Part shown: positions 11,301 through 19,630 of the stretch, piece after piece
How the letters are laid out: every line of letters starts with the position of its first letter
Position numbering within the stretch: position 1 is the stretch's first letter
Virus record (IMG/VR): IMGVR_UViG_3300030085_001335
Coordinates: 1 to 55,758 of that record
DNA: 55,758 bases
Source of the DNA: a virus
Taxonomy: Duplodnaviria > Caudoviricetes
Reading direction: 5' to 3' (one strand)
The notes under the pieces: generated by a model
The model's database searches: none
What the model saw: only the letters and a program-made list of their open reading frames with translations
Told to the model about the DNA's origin: nothing
Position numbers and translations under genes: made by a program

Positions 11301-13312
11301 CTTTTCCTATGGAAAAAGTCCTTAATCTATTTGGAGTTGCTTCGAAAGTTCCAAGGAGTCACCAATTTTCTGCAAGAGCATACGGATATGCATTAAAATC
11401 TGGGTGGCAAGGCACAAAGAAAAGTTTTAAAAGCATCTTTACTGGTAGAGGTCTTGACGCTGATTCAGAGTGGAGGATGCAAAGAGGTTTTTACCCTTGG
11501 CAAGCTTTATTGAATGTTTTGTCGGGAAAAGATTTACCTATTGATAATGACGCAAATAGCTTAATAGCTAAAGCAAGTGAGAAGCTAGGGTTTAAAAGAA
11601 AAGGAAAGTCCTCATTAACTCAAAGAGTTAAGTTGGGAGTTATAACTCTTCTTGGACCAAATGCAGAGATGCAGTTTCGAGTTCTTTCATTAGGAGATGT
11701 TCCTTTTAGACAGTACACTGCTGGTCTTGAGCTTTATCGTATGGCTAAAGCTAAAGGATTGAAAGGAGAAGAACTTCAAAAGTTCCTTAAGTACCCAGAT
11801 AAAAAGTATTTAGAGCTTGCACAAAAAGCTGGAAGAAAAATCACGTTCCAGGAAGAAACAGATGTTTCAAGAGCAACAATGAATGCATTCCAAAGCATTC
11901 AGAAAGGTTTAGCTAAAACCATTGACACAATTTTCTTTGGAGCTTTAGATGGTAGTGAATACGCTAAGTCCATTGTGAGAACATTTCAGCCATTCATAAC
12001 TACTCCAGCGAATATGTTTGACGAGACGTTGACCTACATGTCTCCTTATTGGGCTACATTTAGGATAATAAAAGACATAAGAAAAGGTGATGCTGCTAGT
12101 GCGAGTCAAAACTTTGGGAAGATGATGGTTGGTAGTATGGCAGTTCAAGTAGCCATGTTGTTAATCAAAGAGGGATTAATTAATGGACCGATAGAATGGG
12201 ATGAGGAGACTGAAAAGAAAAACTTAACATTTGATCAAATGGGACCTAGCAGTGTAAATGTGAGTGGTCTTAAAAGATTTTTTATGGGAGAAGATCCATC
12301 ATGGAGACCAACTGATGAAAGCAGAAACTATCTTAAGCTGGGTATAATAGGTCAAATAATAGGTGCTGTTGTGAAGTCAGCAGATCCAGATGAACTAAAG
12401 AAAAGAGATTACTCTGACTTCAAGTTCCTTCACCATGCGTTTACTGATGCATTTAGTATGAGATTGCTTTCTGGAGCAGGTAATCTATTAGATCAATCTT
12501 TCTTGCAAGGAATAGATGGTATACTACAAATTTTAACCAGCTCTAATGAAGAAGACTTTGAAAGACAAACAGAAAGACTTATAAACACTGTCGTGAGAGG
12601 AAGTTCTTCTGTAGCACTGCCGAACCAGTGGTCTTCTTTTGCTAAGGCAGAAAGAGATTATATGCCAGATTATAGGTTAGACAAAAACATTTCTTCATCA
12701 GAGAGGTTGCTAAAAAACTTTATCTACGTTATAAAAGACAGAACATTTCAAGGTAGGGATGTACCTTTTAGAATAGACTGGAAAGGAGAAAAGGTTTTGC
12801 AAACTCCAGAAGGGTCTAACAGTATAGCGTATCAAATATTTGATATTACAAAAGCTAGAAGAGGTTCTTCCGATCCAGTGTCTAATGAGATAATGAGGCT
12901 GTATCAAGAGACTGGTGTAGTGACAGAGGCTATGAGCACACCAATGTATGCAAACAACAGAAAGATATTAGTACCAAAAGCAAAAAGGCAAAGAAAATTC
13001 ATTGATAGAAAATACACATATCTTGATGATGAAGAATTCGTAGGGTCTAGAATATATTTTAGTATAGAGCAATGCAATAAATTAATGGAGGTTGCTGGTA
13101 AAGAAAGATATTTAGATCTTGAGTATCTAATGAATTTAGATGTTTATAAAAAAGCAGATAATGAACTCAAATTAGAGTATCTAGATGAAGTAGCAGAAAG
13201 ATACAACGGTCTTTTAGAGACAAGAACAAATCGCAAAGGGTTAAGAGATCATAGCTATTTAGCACTTGACTTCTTACAAGAGGCTTACGAAAAACAAAAA
13301 GCAGATGAATAA
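5384..13312 (+). CDS. Giant ejection / large polyvalent protein with two HExxH zincin-like motifs and an LPD23-like segment
   Basis: 2642 aa; coiled coils; SYHEAFHDI; TGWEKGADGKWR followed by LAHEVQHAIQEIEGFQGG and GEVEAR; helical C-terminal region (PFITTPAN, QSFLQGI) typical of phage ejection proteins. Confidence 0.7.
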   Translation: MNEELRRIIEEYNSKGFSSNKIANLLIYSHGIKDVDKQQLIYIVDEYNAGSLEQEPPQQESDKELKKKGLGQVDGEVYTLLGAESSSQEPSVDSTLSLDPLDLNLESDLTQRADVTSQAPPALEDLQARPQSFEGENIQSLRQERRDLAAEIEAKSKEISNLKQKTPDEFVSDEINKAKLEGLEKELDGLEADKEFSLQKAKIKREEDLRFLEEKVKEEGLRWGDVQSDYLKNVEDFDKIQDLIAEKKSQISEIEDSAERFAANGFGKKENILALQQSKIDELNKEINTLQSKSDDFTERVESGLYIKTRSALKNVAGGRFFGATMTEDEARSLAEEVQLLMNEPSVTVDQVYESMVKDNLVMIDKDAVFQDRLYYDLGVARYDKENLYKVDYRKKDLSDQFKISQEQFSENTDEYLSKVPVELRNFEDAKSKYKSMYNVDLSESDYLDLVSFWNYRDTALNAVENNESIEDSIIKDYKDLIKNSTEENLQSNYFKFLNQNRQEFNQYNKNIDILGYGDKAENIIGLLNKSLKDDVSESISDALFAYRDSDYRRGFDMAAQDKLTASTVVERMFTKFILNTGANVLDYFDMLQDYEKEDDDSPWWNLLYLTPAAGAKAFADLGGGEGIIDFQNISTKSKEIARGIEEYDRINMGLTLTDSQKEISQLIAEGNYGASVKKGVIGVSNIIPQIALVIAAPELAIPLFGVSSAGGMYSEIQDLDHITYGEKVRASVIMGAAEAATEYLFRGQEVVIKEIAKNVLKRKALGKGILDEAAKKAIAKQANTMFKFNPKSKGGKMFLKGLQFQEEGVEELIVDVVDQNITNYLEKKSLNEEHFDLKYNLEDAPNSIVREQILDEIQANRESYSEIGYNIYQTMDSYGLGLIGAGGPLMLTRSLGYIASPGKIKSRIQISKRITELDKLIKEEVDMGERIKLKSEKAELIRKQFSDVAMDQQLLEKMSEADVDELIKLNHEISKARFSSRKLRSMINESMSQEEQDRIYESIMKNAAKAKKALESKTEIYDRYNTEQNKLDQNSLTDEELALVNEIESLDTEIDTFDSVPNSDGFIDVTLENVNSVIDKLLSSSIIKSTRFSTAQQIKDGLRNVAKIVKEVKSAGGSVRIFTNKKDFERVTGQSIARGLHTEGKGKDSIVSLYLPALRANTSYHEAFHDIVLRKLGAGKIQELALSLAKAIPNDLISKYVTVMELTEQQLIDVKDLKGYDLLKYIISEDKGRAEEFLVEVLADISNGDYSISFKNGLIQNLKEFVAKFFGTTFKDPKIKDVVSAIKTATEQLAEGEQVTALDEIGREGETEADSSKRNRAKKQVIGENAELAAYELGMLNEALAMEKEGYTSKVIFSSTGWEKGADGKWRMLITEGIEDYYDIGLDIQEELLNTKIETGFDEETGMEIEFGGTKVTKKGEEVIPESILNLYPALKDINITFHKDVLPFDKTGKVKGQYRVGSFLPKKEIDPLSTLIDLGLGNTVIDIAVEIEYFDLKKGDNIDDYYESMGLFPEHSLTLAHEVQHAIQEIEGFQGGATMSRGETAPMVYSYQLFNDKGSDAPKVENIVVEEKQNENGETVYSVVDNNNTAVYKEYGEFNTKEEAESVREKVVGDFKTKSELLTKRFPDFSIESMKDEEISRQVRYLFYKSIMGEVEARSVSEMMEMTDPQQRESMSPSELLELVNDGDAVIIQRGVSKKQTIGDEGSDSDFDFVDTSMDPRQDSSKKLRQTIATAIEKYPSLREEMLANPDNYITPQNLEELRATLNDENVTDADLIDMMTDDGLGRLQNRNDDLAILALNELINRALDAGDMEAVSKYETNRAQIGTTAGRMLRHLRALKSTTPSGLLRQIELEISKRGNTITDKQRDKLLDKLTNVVKLNKDYKKKALELANMDTVNDQIEKEFKDLEEEIFSAEKDLNIYLQNIVEKSWGEIYRTLQQGNLITFISQGANIGGNIVNIFGDFWVSAIAFPMEKVLNLFGVASKVPRSHQFSARAYGYALKSGWQGTKKSFKSIFTGRGLDADSEWRMQRGFYPWQALLNVLSGKDLPIDNDANSLIAKASEKLGFKRKGKSSLTQRVKLGVITLLGPNAEMQFRVLSLGDVPFRQYTAGLELYRMAKAKGLKGEELQKFLKYPDKKYLELAQKAGRKITFQEETDVSRATMNAFQSIQKGLAKTIDTIFFGALDGSEYAKSIVRTFQPFITTPANMFDETLTYMSPYWATFRIIKDIRKGDAASASQNFGKMMVGSMAVQVAMLLIKEGLINGPIEWDEETEKKNLTFDQMGPSSVNVSGLKRFFMGEDPSWRPTDESRNYLKLGIIGQIIGAVVKSADPDELKKRDYSDFKFLHHAFTDAFSMRLLSGAGNLLDQSFLQGIDGILQILTSSNEEDFERQTERLINTVVRGSSSVALPNQWSSFAKAERDYMPDYRLDKNISSSERLLKNFIYVIKDRTFQGRDVPFRIDWKGEKVLQTPEGSNSIAYQIFDITKARRGSSDPVSNEIMRLYQETGVVTEAMSTPMYANNRKILVPKAKRQRKFIDRKYTYLDDEEFVGSRIYFSIEQCNKLMEVAGKERYLDLEYLMNLDVYKKADNELKLEYLDEVAERYNGLLETRTNRKGLRDHSYLALDFLQEAYEKQKADE

Positions 13313-13760
13313 AGATCCTAAAGAAAGAAAAAAACTTAAAGACACCAAGGTAGGTAAGTGGCTTAAAGAGAATGCCCCTAAGGTGCTTGACACGGTAGGA
13401 GAACTGCTTCCAGATAATGGAGCCTTGGGTGTCGTTAAAAACTTGATTGACAGAGATGACTCTATCCCACAAGACAAGAAGTCTGAGTTCCAAAGATTGG
13501 AGTTTGAGCTAGAGCTTGAGGATAGAAAGTCAGCTAGGAGTAGAGAGGTAGAAGTAAAGAAGACTGGTGATAAAGATATAATGATGATGATCACTGGGAT
13601 CGTAGGATTGATATCCTTTGTCTTTACTATCTATGCTGTGGTATACATCCCTTCTGTGAAAGAGAACGAGTTATTCATACACTTAATGGGTATGATAGAA
13701 GGTGTTGTTATTGGTAACATCTTTGCGTACTACTACGGTACGTCTGTGAAGAACAAGTAA
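13305..13760 (+). CDS. Holin-like membrane protein
   Basis: ATG 13305 overlaps the upstream stop. DRKSARSRE is followed by two hydrophobic segments ending YYYGTS, the pattern of 3TM-type phage holins. Confidence 0.55.
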   Translation: MNKDPKERKKLKDTKVGKWLKENAPKVLDTVGELLPDNGALGVVKNLIDRDDSIPQDKKSEFQRLEFELELEDRKSARSREVEVKKTGDKDIMMMITGIVGLISFVFTIYAVVYIPSVKENELFIHLMGMIEGVVIGNIFAYYYGTSVKNK

Positions 13761-13761
13761 G

Positions 13762-14016
13762 CTAAGCTAGTGAGACGAATATAGGAGTCTTCTCTCCAGC
13801 GTAGGCTCCTAGTACATTGAAGTCCATGTATTCGACTGCTTCCATGACATCCATGTCATCTCTTTCCATTAAGATGTGTATGCACATCCCATACTCGTAC
13901 ACAGCTACTACGTTTGGTCCTTGTGTGTGACCTATCAGTGCTTCTTCGAACCCATCAGCTAGTAAAGCCTTAGAGAATGTGAGCTCTTCCAGTATGTTGT
14001 CTATTCTTTTTCTCAT
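13762..14016 (-). CDS. Conserved phage hypothetical protein
   Basis: LLADGFEEALIG...EAVEYMDFNVLGAYAGEKTPIF; coupled to the upstream gene; last gene of the minus arm. Confidence 0.7.
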   Translation of the reverse strand: MRKRIDNILEELTFSKALLADGFEEALIGHTQGPNVVAVYEYGMCIHILMERDDMDVMEAVEYMDFNVLGAYAGEKTPIFVSLA

Positions 14017-14525
14017 ATCATTACCCTTTTATTTGTCTTAGGATGAGTATACTCTTTAGAGTAATCAACTACCTTGTATGATTTAATTTCTTTTAAGTCA
14101 TCAATGCATACCAATGTTATGACATCCTGCCTGCCATGTCTAGTGTACGTCTTCTTGTAAGCGTTTGTCTTGGTGACGAATTCATGCTTTACATTCTTTT
14201 CAATGTAGTCTCTAAGGTGTTTAGTAAGCACACACGCAAACCCTCCTAGCTCTGGCATCTCAAAGGCTATGACTGTTGCGTCACCATACAGCCATCCCTT
14301 GTCACCACGAACATTCTTCATCTCAACCCATATTTCATTTAACTGATTCTCTCCTTTGACATCTACCGTAGCAATCAATACCCCCTCATCATCAGTGATA
14401 TAGAAGTCTATGTGTTTTTTAATATCATCAGACGTTGATGACTTTGTACAATGCAAACCTTTATAGCGCATTGCTTCTAGAAACCTTGATTCAGATCTCC
14501 TTCCTCTTGCGAATGAACTGTTCAT
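14013..14525 (-). CDS. PD-(D/E)xK family nuclease-like protein
   Basis: E...IDFYI...VDVKG catalytic-like pattern; IWVEMKN...GWLYG. Confidence 0.55.
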   Translation of the reverse strand: MNSSFARGRRSESRFLEAMRYKGLHCTKSSTSDDIKKHIDFYITDDEGVLIATVDVKGENQLNEIWVEMKNVRGDKGWLYGDATVIAFEMPELGGFACVLTKHLRDYIEKNVKHEFVTKTNAYKKTYTRHGRQDVITLVCIDDLKEIKSYKVVDYSKEYTHPKTNKRVMI

Positions 14526-14526
14526 G

Positions 14527-14760
14527 TTATAGTTTATTATCGTCTCTATACTGACTAGCCGCAGATCTGATCATATCGAACTCGATATTGATTAGTTTCC
14601 TGTGATCAATTATCATCTTCTCTATATCCTCAGCATTGCATGTAGCTGTTAAACCAGCCTCATCAAACAACTCCTCGTAGAGATCAGATGAAATCCTAGA
14701 GATTCGATCAGTAGCTATCGAGTATGATATAGCTATGTCTTCGTTACTTATCTTCTTCAT
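14527..14760 (-). CDS. Hypothetical protein
   Basis: 77-aa ORF packed tightly in the operon. Confidence 0.6.
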   Translation of the reverse strand: MKKISNEDIAISYSIATDRISRISSDLYEELFDEAGLTATCNAEDIEKMIIDHRKLINIEFDMIRSAASQYRDDNKL

Positions 14761-15202
14761 TACTTTTGATTACCTTAATTGCCTGTTCAATCTGATGTCT
14801 ATTTCTACAGATAAATACCATTGGTACTTTCTCGTAGTTATCAGATAGGTGCTTGAGAAAAAGCTTCCATCGCATAGGAAAATCATGGTGAGAAGGTATG
14901 TAACCTTTAGTCTCTATTATCCAGCTCTCATCTTTGGCTACAAAGTCTGGCGTGTACTTTATTGGTAACACTACGGAGTTTGATCTGTCTCTTAAGTCTT
15001 TAGCTTTAGGTGTCATCTTATGATACACACCTTCGTATCTAAACTTATCCATCACACAGTACTCCTTTTCCTCATACAAGAAAGACAATCCAGATTCAGA
15101 CAAAAGCTTTGAAGCATCAAGCTCCAAACCACTCTTGTACTTTCCGAGTTGTCTTTTCTTCGCTGACTTTCTCTTGCTAGTTAAGTTCCTTTTTCTCTTC
15201 AC
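14744..15202 (-). CDS. T7 endonuclease I-like Holliday junction resolvase
   Basis: KYKSGLE, YTPDF and IIETKG motifs; GTG start. Confidence 0.8.
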   Translation of the reverse strand: MKRKRNLTSKRKSAKKRQLGKYKSGLELDASKLLSESGLSFLYEEKEYCVMDKFRYEGVYHKMTPKAKDLRDRSNSVVLPIKYTPDFVAKDESWIIETKGYIPSHHDFPMRWKLFLKHLSDNYEKVPMVFICRNRHQIEQAIKVIKSNEEDK

Positions 15203-15221
15203 TCAGCCAAGGTACAGTTTA

Positions 15222-17024
15222 TTACTGTAAAAAGCTAGTGTTTGAGGAAATATTAAACTCACGATACTTATCGAACTGATTTCCAATAGGTTGAAACAAT
15301 TCGTTTGACGTTGTATTTATCCTAAAGGCAGTGCCTTGTGTGTTCATGGTGAATTGAACAGGTTCGTCTAGTGGTGTTGGCTCACCACCTGTCTCTGTCT
15401 CTCTCACCTTACGAACGTGCCACTCTGTAGTTCTCTTGGTGTTATTGTCTGGAGCTTGGACCTTTCTGTGTATAGTAACGAAGCCATCAGCTCTGTTCAC
15501 AAACTTACCACCACCCTCTGTATCCTCAGCGAACGGCGCTATAGGTAATCCATCGTCTCCTTTACGTCTCTGTGCTTCTGTAACAGCATGCATATTGAGC
15601 CACACAGCTACGTTATTAGACGTAGAGAAAGTGAGGAACTCACTAGATGCTTCGTAGTGGTACTCATGGCTGCTTATATTGGATGAGGTCTCAATCTTGA
15701 GACTGTTGTATGGATCAACGAATATAGCATCGGCTTCTTCTTGTCTTAATATCTTCTCCAGAAACAAGATGATGTCGCTGTAGCTGTAGACTTGGTTGTT
15801 GCTTATCACAGTGAAGTGTTCGTTCACCCACTTGTATGCAGATTTTCTTTGATCGTAGTTCATGGAATCAATACGTCTGTTTGTAGCAAACTGCATGAGC
15901 TTCATCTTGAGTGAGGCAGTCCTATTCTCAGATGAGTACACAACCCACTTCCAGTTATGTCTAACAGCAGAGTTGACCATCATGTACAGAGCCATGGTTG
16001 TCTTACCTACGTTTGAGTGTCCATTTATAATCAAGAATTCTTTCTTGTATCTAAAGTACTTGTCTAGTGTAGCATCACCAGTATCTAACCCTATCTCAAT
16101 GTTACCATTGGCGAAGTCTTCAATCCATCTAAAGTCTTCATCGTCAGATGATATGAACGACATGTCACCATCGTTTATCATCATCTCTCTACGAGCTGCC
16201 TGTTCGTTAGCAACAGTCTCTCTAATAGGATCAGCTTTACCCATCTCTATACCATCACGTATAGTCTTGATCGCGTGCTCCTCGCTGTCTATATCCCTCT
16301 TGCTAATCTCACGAAGGAGAATACGAACTGCCTCCTCTTCTTCCATCCTACCTGCAGATATGTACCCACCTAGCAGCCTAGAAGCTTTTAGTAACACTGA
16401 ATGCTTCTCACCGTCCTCACTCTGTCTAACCATCTTAGCAGCTAGGTTTAGCTTCATGTAGTCAGTGTACATACCTTTATTGGTAGCTACCTGCTGCTCT
16501 GATCTTTCTGATGAGAACGCCCCAAACTTATTTGATTCTCTGTTGATGATAATTCCCTCATCGTAAGACTCAAAGCAAGCTCGTGATTCGTTTATTCCAG
16601 ACTCATCTACCTCCAGATCATATTGCTTGTGGAAGTATGTCTTAAGAGCTCTAAAATGATCCCTATGTCTTTCTGGGTTTGTGATTCTAACAAGAGCCTT
16701 CAAGCCATCACCACTAGGTGATACCCAGCATGAGTATACATACTGATCTGTACCAAGCATCTTCTTACTACTGCCTACATCAACGTGATCAAAGTCGAGG
16801 ACTATCAGACCACTGTGCTCAAACAATCCCTCATCAGATCTGTCTGTGAATTCTCCAGAGAAACACACCACAGGTAGCTTCTTCTTAGACTCCTTGTCTC
16901 CAGACCTCACGTTATCTATGATAGGCTTGGACTTACCCTTCTCGATTCTCGATAGGGCTACGTCTATATCCACATAGTGTGGTTCGCTCTTCTTATATAC
17001 GTCTTTAAATATTGTTACTTTCAT
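15222..17024 (-). CDS. Primase-helicase fusion: VirE-N/BT4734-like AEP domain plus SF4 (DnaB/twinkle-like) helicase
   Basis: N-terminal KKKLPVVCFSG, SGLIVLDFDHV, WVSPSGDGLK, RACFESYD; C-terminal Walker A GHSNVGKT, YSSEN, IFVDPYNSL, VRKVR. Confidence 0.85.
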   Translation of the reverse strand: MKVTIFKDVYKKSEPHYVDIDVALSRIEKGKSKPIIDNVRSGDKESKKKLPVVCFSGEFTDRSDEGLFEHSGLIVLDFDHVDVGSSKKMLGTDQYVYSCWVSPSGDGLKALVRITNPERHRDHFRALKTYFHKQYDLEVDESGINESRACFESYDEGIIINRESNKFGAFSSERSEQQVATNKGMYTDYMKLNLAAKMVRQSEDGEKHSVLLKASRLLGGYISAGRMEEEEAVRILLREISKRDIDSEEHAIKTIRDGIEMGKADPIRETVANEQAARREMMINDGDMSFISSDDEDFRWIEDFANGNIEIGLDTGDATLDKYFRYKKEFLIINGHSNVGKTTMALYMMVNSAVRHNWKWVVYSSENRTASLKMKLMQFATNRRIDSMNYDQRKSAYKWVNEHFTVISNNQVYSYSDIILFLEKILRQEEADAIFVDPYNSLKIETSSNISSHEYHYEASSEFLTFSTSNNVAVWLNMHAVTEAQRRKGDDGLPIAPFAEDTEGGGKFVNRADGFVTIHRKVQAPDNNTKRTTEWHVRKVRETETGGEPTPLDEPVQFTMNTQGTAFRINTTSNELFQPIGNQFDKYREFNISSNTSFLQ

Positions 17025-17277
17025 CTCTAGATATCATTAAAAGGATTAGATAACCAACAAGGTCTTTAACTGAGTCTTCTGTTTGATCGTTGATGCCAAC
17101 GTTTTGAATACGCTTTAGCTTGTCATCAATCCTAACCTTGATGCTAGACACCGAGTCACCATCGTAAAAGATGTTGATCGGGTCGAGTACAGAGTTACCA
17201 TAAGCTTGATTCTTTTGTATGAGTAACTCTTTGATCTCGTCACACTTGTCTGATATTTTCTTCTGATCATCTTTCAT
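17005..17277 (-). CDS. Nucleotide-modification-associated domain 1 (DUF1599-like) protein
   Basis: KNQAYGNS, RIDDKLKRI and DSVKDLVGYLILL match the family pattern. Confidence 0.7.
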   Translation of the reverse strand: MKDDQKKISDKCDEIKELLIQKNQAYGNSVLDPINIFYDGDSVSSIKVRIDDKLKRIQNVGINDQTEDSVKDLVGYLILLMISRDESNNI

Positions 17278-17495
17278 TTTGCTCTGTTTGTATATCCTAA
17301 AAATTTCTTTGATTTAATCTCTCTCAACATTATATGTCGTTTAGCTTTTGTCTTTCCGTATAGCTCTGATCCTAGTCGGTGCATTGTCTTCCTATCATGA
17401 GCCATGATCTCTCCTACTGTGTCATACGAACTAACTACCCACATCTCTTTGTTATGCATGCGTTTGTTCTTCTTGTAGGCTACATCAATCATCAT
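17274..17495 (-). CDS. Hypothetical protein
   Basis: Start moved to ATG 17495 (MMIDVAYKK), which overlaps the end of the upstream ORF. Confidence 0.55.
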   Translation of the reverse strand: MMIDVAYKKNKRMHNKEMWVVSSYDTVGEIMAHDRKTMHRLGSELYGKTKAKRHIMLREIKSKKFLGYTNRAK

Positions 17496-17838
17496 GTAGT
17501 AGATTGCCCTCCGCTTCGAATCTTGTTTTTCTTCTGATTGCATTTGCAAGTTCTTTGAATGTTATCACTTTACCCATCATACCTTCACACCCTTTCTTGT
17601 CAAGGACAATGAAGTTGTCTCCTTTCTTGTTGGGGATAAGCATAAGCAGTATGTCTTTGAATACTGGTATGCTGACGGTAGAATCTTTGTGGTTCTGCAT
17701 TGAGCACATGAACTCGATCTCTTTACCGTCCTTTGATTTAGCAGAGAAAAAAATAGGGGTAATGACTTTTACATCATTCAACCCCCATTCTAATCTTGCG
17801 TATACAGAGAATACCTTAGAAAGGTAGATCGCCCCCAT
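17485..17838 (-). CDS. Hypothetical protein (start uncertain, probably downstream of 17838)
   Basis: Open frame fills the operon gap, but its 5' part overlaps a terminator-like hairpin. Confidence 0.45.
   Translation of the reverse strand: MGAIYLSKVFSVYARLEWGLNDVKVITPIFFSAKSKDGKEIEFMCSMQNHKDSTVSIPVFKDILLMLIPNKKGDNFIVLDKKGCEGMMGKVITFKELANAIRRKTRFEAEGNLLHDD
17747..17786 (-). terminator. Putative intrinsic terminator after the SSB-like gene
   Basis: Minus strand reads GGGGGUUGAAUGAU-GUAAAA-GUCAUUACCCCU then AUUUUUUU. Confidence 0.5.
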
Positions 17839-18139
17839 CGTCAGCTGTTACTGCGTTCTCTTTAGCCATAGCTATAGCCTTCTCTCTCCTTTCTTTAGCA
17901 GCTTCGCTGTTGAAGTTGTAGATAGAGGCACAAGCCTTGCCGTTCTTACTCATGAAGAGCTTAAGCCTAGCGTTACCACCATGCCCTTTCTCATCTCTCT
18001 TCGTGGTGTAGTTCTCAAGGATGTCCTTAAGTTCTGTGTCCTTTAGACGCACGGTCCAAGAGATTAAGTCTCCATTGTCACTGTAAATTGGGTCATCTGC
18101 CCAGCCGATTAGCTCGGAATCATACTTAGTTTCACTCAT
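17816..18139 (-). CDS. Putative single-stranded DNA-binding protein
   Basis: Small protein with acidic tail ending DDGGDLPF; adjacent to the exonuclease/ERF genes. Confidence 0.55.
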   Translation of the reverse strand: MSETKYDSELIGWADDPIYSDNGDLISWTVRLKDTELKDILENYTTKRDEKGHGGNARLKLFMSKNGKACASIYNFNSEAAKERREKAIAMAKENAVTADDGGDLPF

Positions 18140-18213
18140 AATTATATTGAATTTAATATTAAACTGAAAAATGATATTGTTATGTAATATACTGTCATCA
18201 TAAAAAGCAGTAT

Positions 18214-18221
18214 CAAAGGTA
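18214..18221 (-). promoter_or_regulatory. Bacteroidetes -7 promoter box TACCTTTG upstream of the SSB-like gene
   Basis: CAAAGGTA on the + strand in the 84-bp gap, followed by an AT-rich leader. Confidence 0.5.
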
Positions 18222-18223
18222 CT

Positions 18224-19021
18224 TTAAATTTCGAATTCTTCATAATAATTTCTCGTTACTTTTTCTGGATTGTCCAAAAAGTTATTGATCCTAGAGATAG
18301 AGTCATAGAACTTCATCTCTCCAGAGAAGATTGTTTTGTCCGTACACTTAACCAATGCAGGTAGGTATGGATCTGTCTTCTCTTGGACCACCCAATAGAA
18401 ATCATTGATGTCAAATACCTGCGTATATATGAAAGCTTGTATGTCATAGCAAAAATCTCTAACGGCATATCCAAACTTCTGAACAGAGGCAGCAGACTTG
18501 GAGTCAGTGATGAACCCATCACCTAAGCAATCCAAGAACCCCTTCACCAGTACTGGCTCTCCGTTCTCATCTGGTAACTCATGTAAGAACTCAACTTGAA
18601 ACTTCCCACTCAAGTGAGAGTCTCTAAGACCGCAGTCTTCTAGCCTTGACACCATGTCTCTAGCCATCTTCATGTCTTCAACAGAAACAAGAGTACTGCC
18701 TTCGTTATCACCCTTGATACCAGCAATGGTCTCTTTGTATTCCTTTGTAGCCTTGATGTTCTTAGCAGCTTTGGTCTTATCGCTGAGCCCTTCGATAACT
18801 GCATCCTCATCAATAGAGTAGTAGTTACCGTTGAACTCATCATCAGTCATGAACAGCATGTCATCGTACACATTCCCAAACTCTAACGCCTTAGATGTGT
18901 ATTTGATCTCACCCTTCATGTACTTGTCAAACTTTCGGATGTCTCCAAGAGCTTGCTTGATAGAGGAGTACGACAAGTGTGGCTTGCCATACCTCTCCAT
19001 TAGCTTGTCTGATAACGTCAT
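18224..19021 (-). CDS. RecE/exonuclease VIII-like PD-(D/E)xK exonuclease
   Basis: LSYSSIK, ALEFGNVY, VKGFLDCL, ITDSKS, YDIQAFIY, VVQEKTDPY; paired with ERF. Confidence 0.8.
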   Translation of the reverse strand: MTLSDKLMERYGKPHLSYSSIKQALGDIRKFDKYMKGEIKYTSKALEFGNVYDDMLFMTDDEFNGNYYSIDEDAVIEGLSDKTKAAKNIKATKEYKETIAGIKGDNEGSTLVSVEDMKMARDMVSRLEDCGLRDSHLSGKFQVEFLHELPDENGEPVLVKGFLDCLGDGFITDSKSAASVQKFGYAVRDFCYDIQAFIYTQVFDINDFYWVVQEKTDPYLPALVKCTDKTIFSGEMKFYDSISRINNFLDNPEKVTRNYYEEFEI

Positions 19022-19022
19022 A

Positions 19023-19604
19023 TTATCCTACGAACTTTTTGATTCCTTCCTTCTGCTTGTCAGTCAACTGATCCCCATACTTCTTGAGTATCTGGTTGTA
19101 AGCAGTTGTCTTATTGTTTGAGGACTTGATATACTGTATGGCTTTACCCATGATGTCATCATCCTTTGCAGCAGGCTTTGCCTTCGCTGTGGTTTTCTTT
19201 GTCACAGTTTTCTCACTGTTATCTTGAGAGTCAGCATCCTTGGTATCATCGATTAAGAAGAGACCATTCAGTGCATACTTTCTAGCGTAAGAAGATGTAG
19301 CTCCAGTAACCTGTGATGCGTCCATACCTTTCTTTGATCCCTCCTCCCTAGCTTGGGAAGATACAGTGATTGACTGCCCTTCGAAATCGTACAGCGTAAC
19401 AATCGCCTTGATGTAAACTCTTTCTTGGATTTCAAAAACTTCATCATGGATAGTCAATGACAGCTCGTGCTTAGCGAGTAGTGGCTTCAACGCTTCAAGA
19501 ATATCTTCTTGGTTCCTGTACTTGTACTTACCGAAGTTATTGAACTGACCCTTAGGTGCTTTCAGCTCTGATTGAACTGAGGATAATTTTTTATATATGC
19601 TCAT
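19023..19604 (-). CDS. erf: ERF-family single-strand annealing recombinase
   Basis: LKAPKGQFNNFGKYKYRNQEDIL and GMDASQVTGATSSYARKYALNGLFLIDD. Confidence 0.9.
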   Translation of the reverse strand: MSIYKKLSSVQSELKAPKGQFNNFGKYKYRNQEDILEALKPLLAKHELSLTIHDEVFEIQERVYIKAIVTLYDFEGQSITVSSQAREEGSKKGMDASQVTGATSSYARKYALNGLFLIDDTKDADSQDNSEKTVTKKTTAKAKPAAKDDDIMGKAIQYIKSSNNKTTAYNQILKKYGDQLTDKQKEGIKKFVG

Positions 19605-19630
19605 TTTATTTAATTTACTTTACAAAAATG

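Noticed and set aside
15436-16461. Long antisense ORFs (for example 15862-16461, 38694-39188, 33632-34075 and similar track entries)
   Set aside because: Shadow frames opposite well-supported genes, with no motifs or start context of their own.
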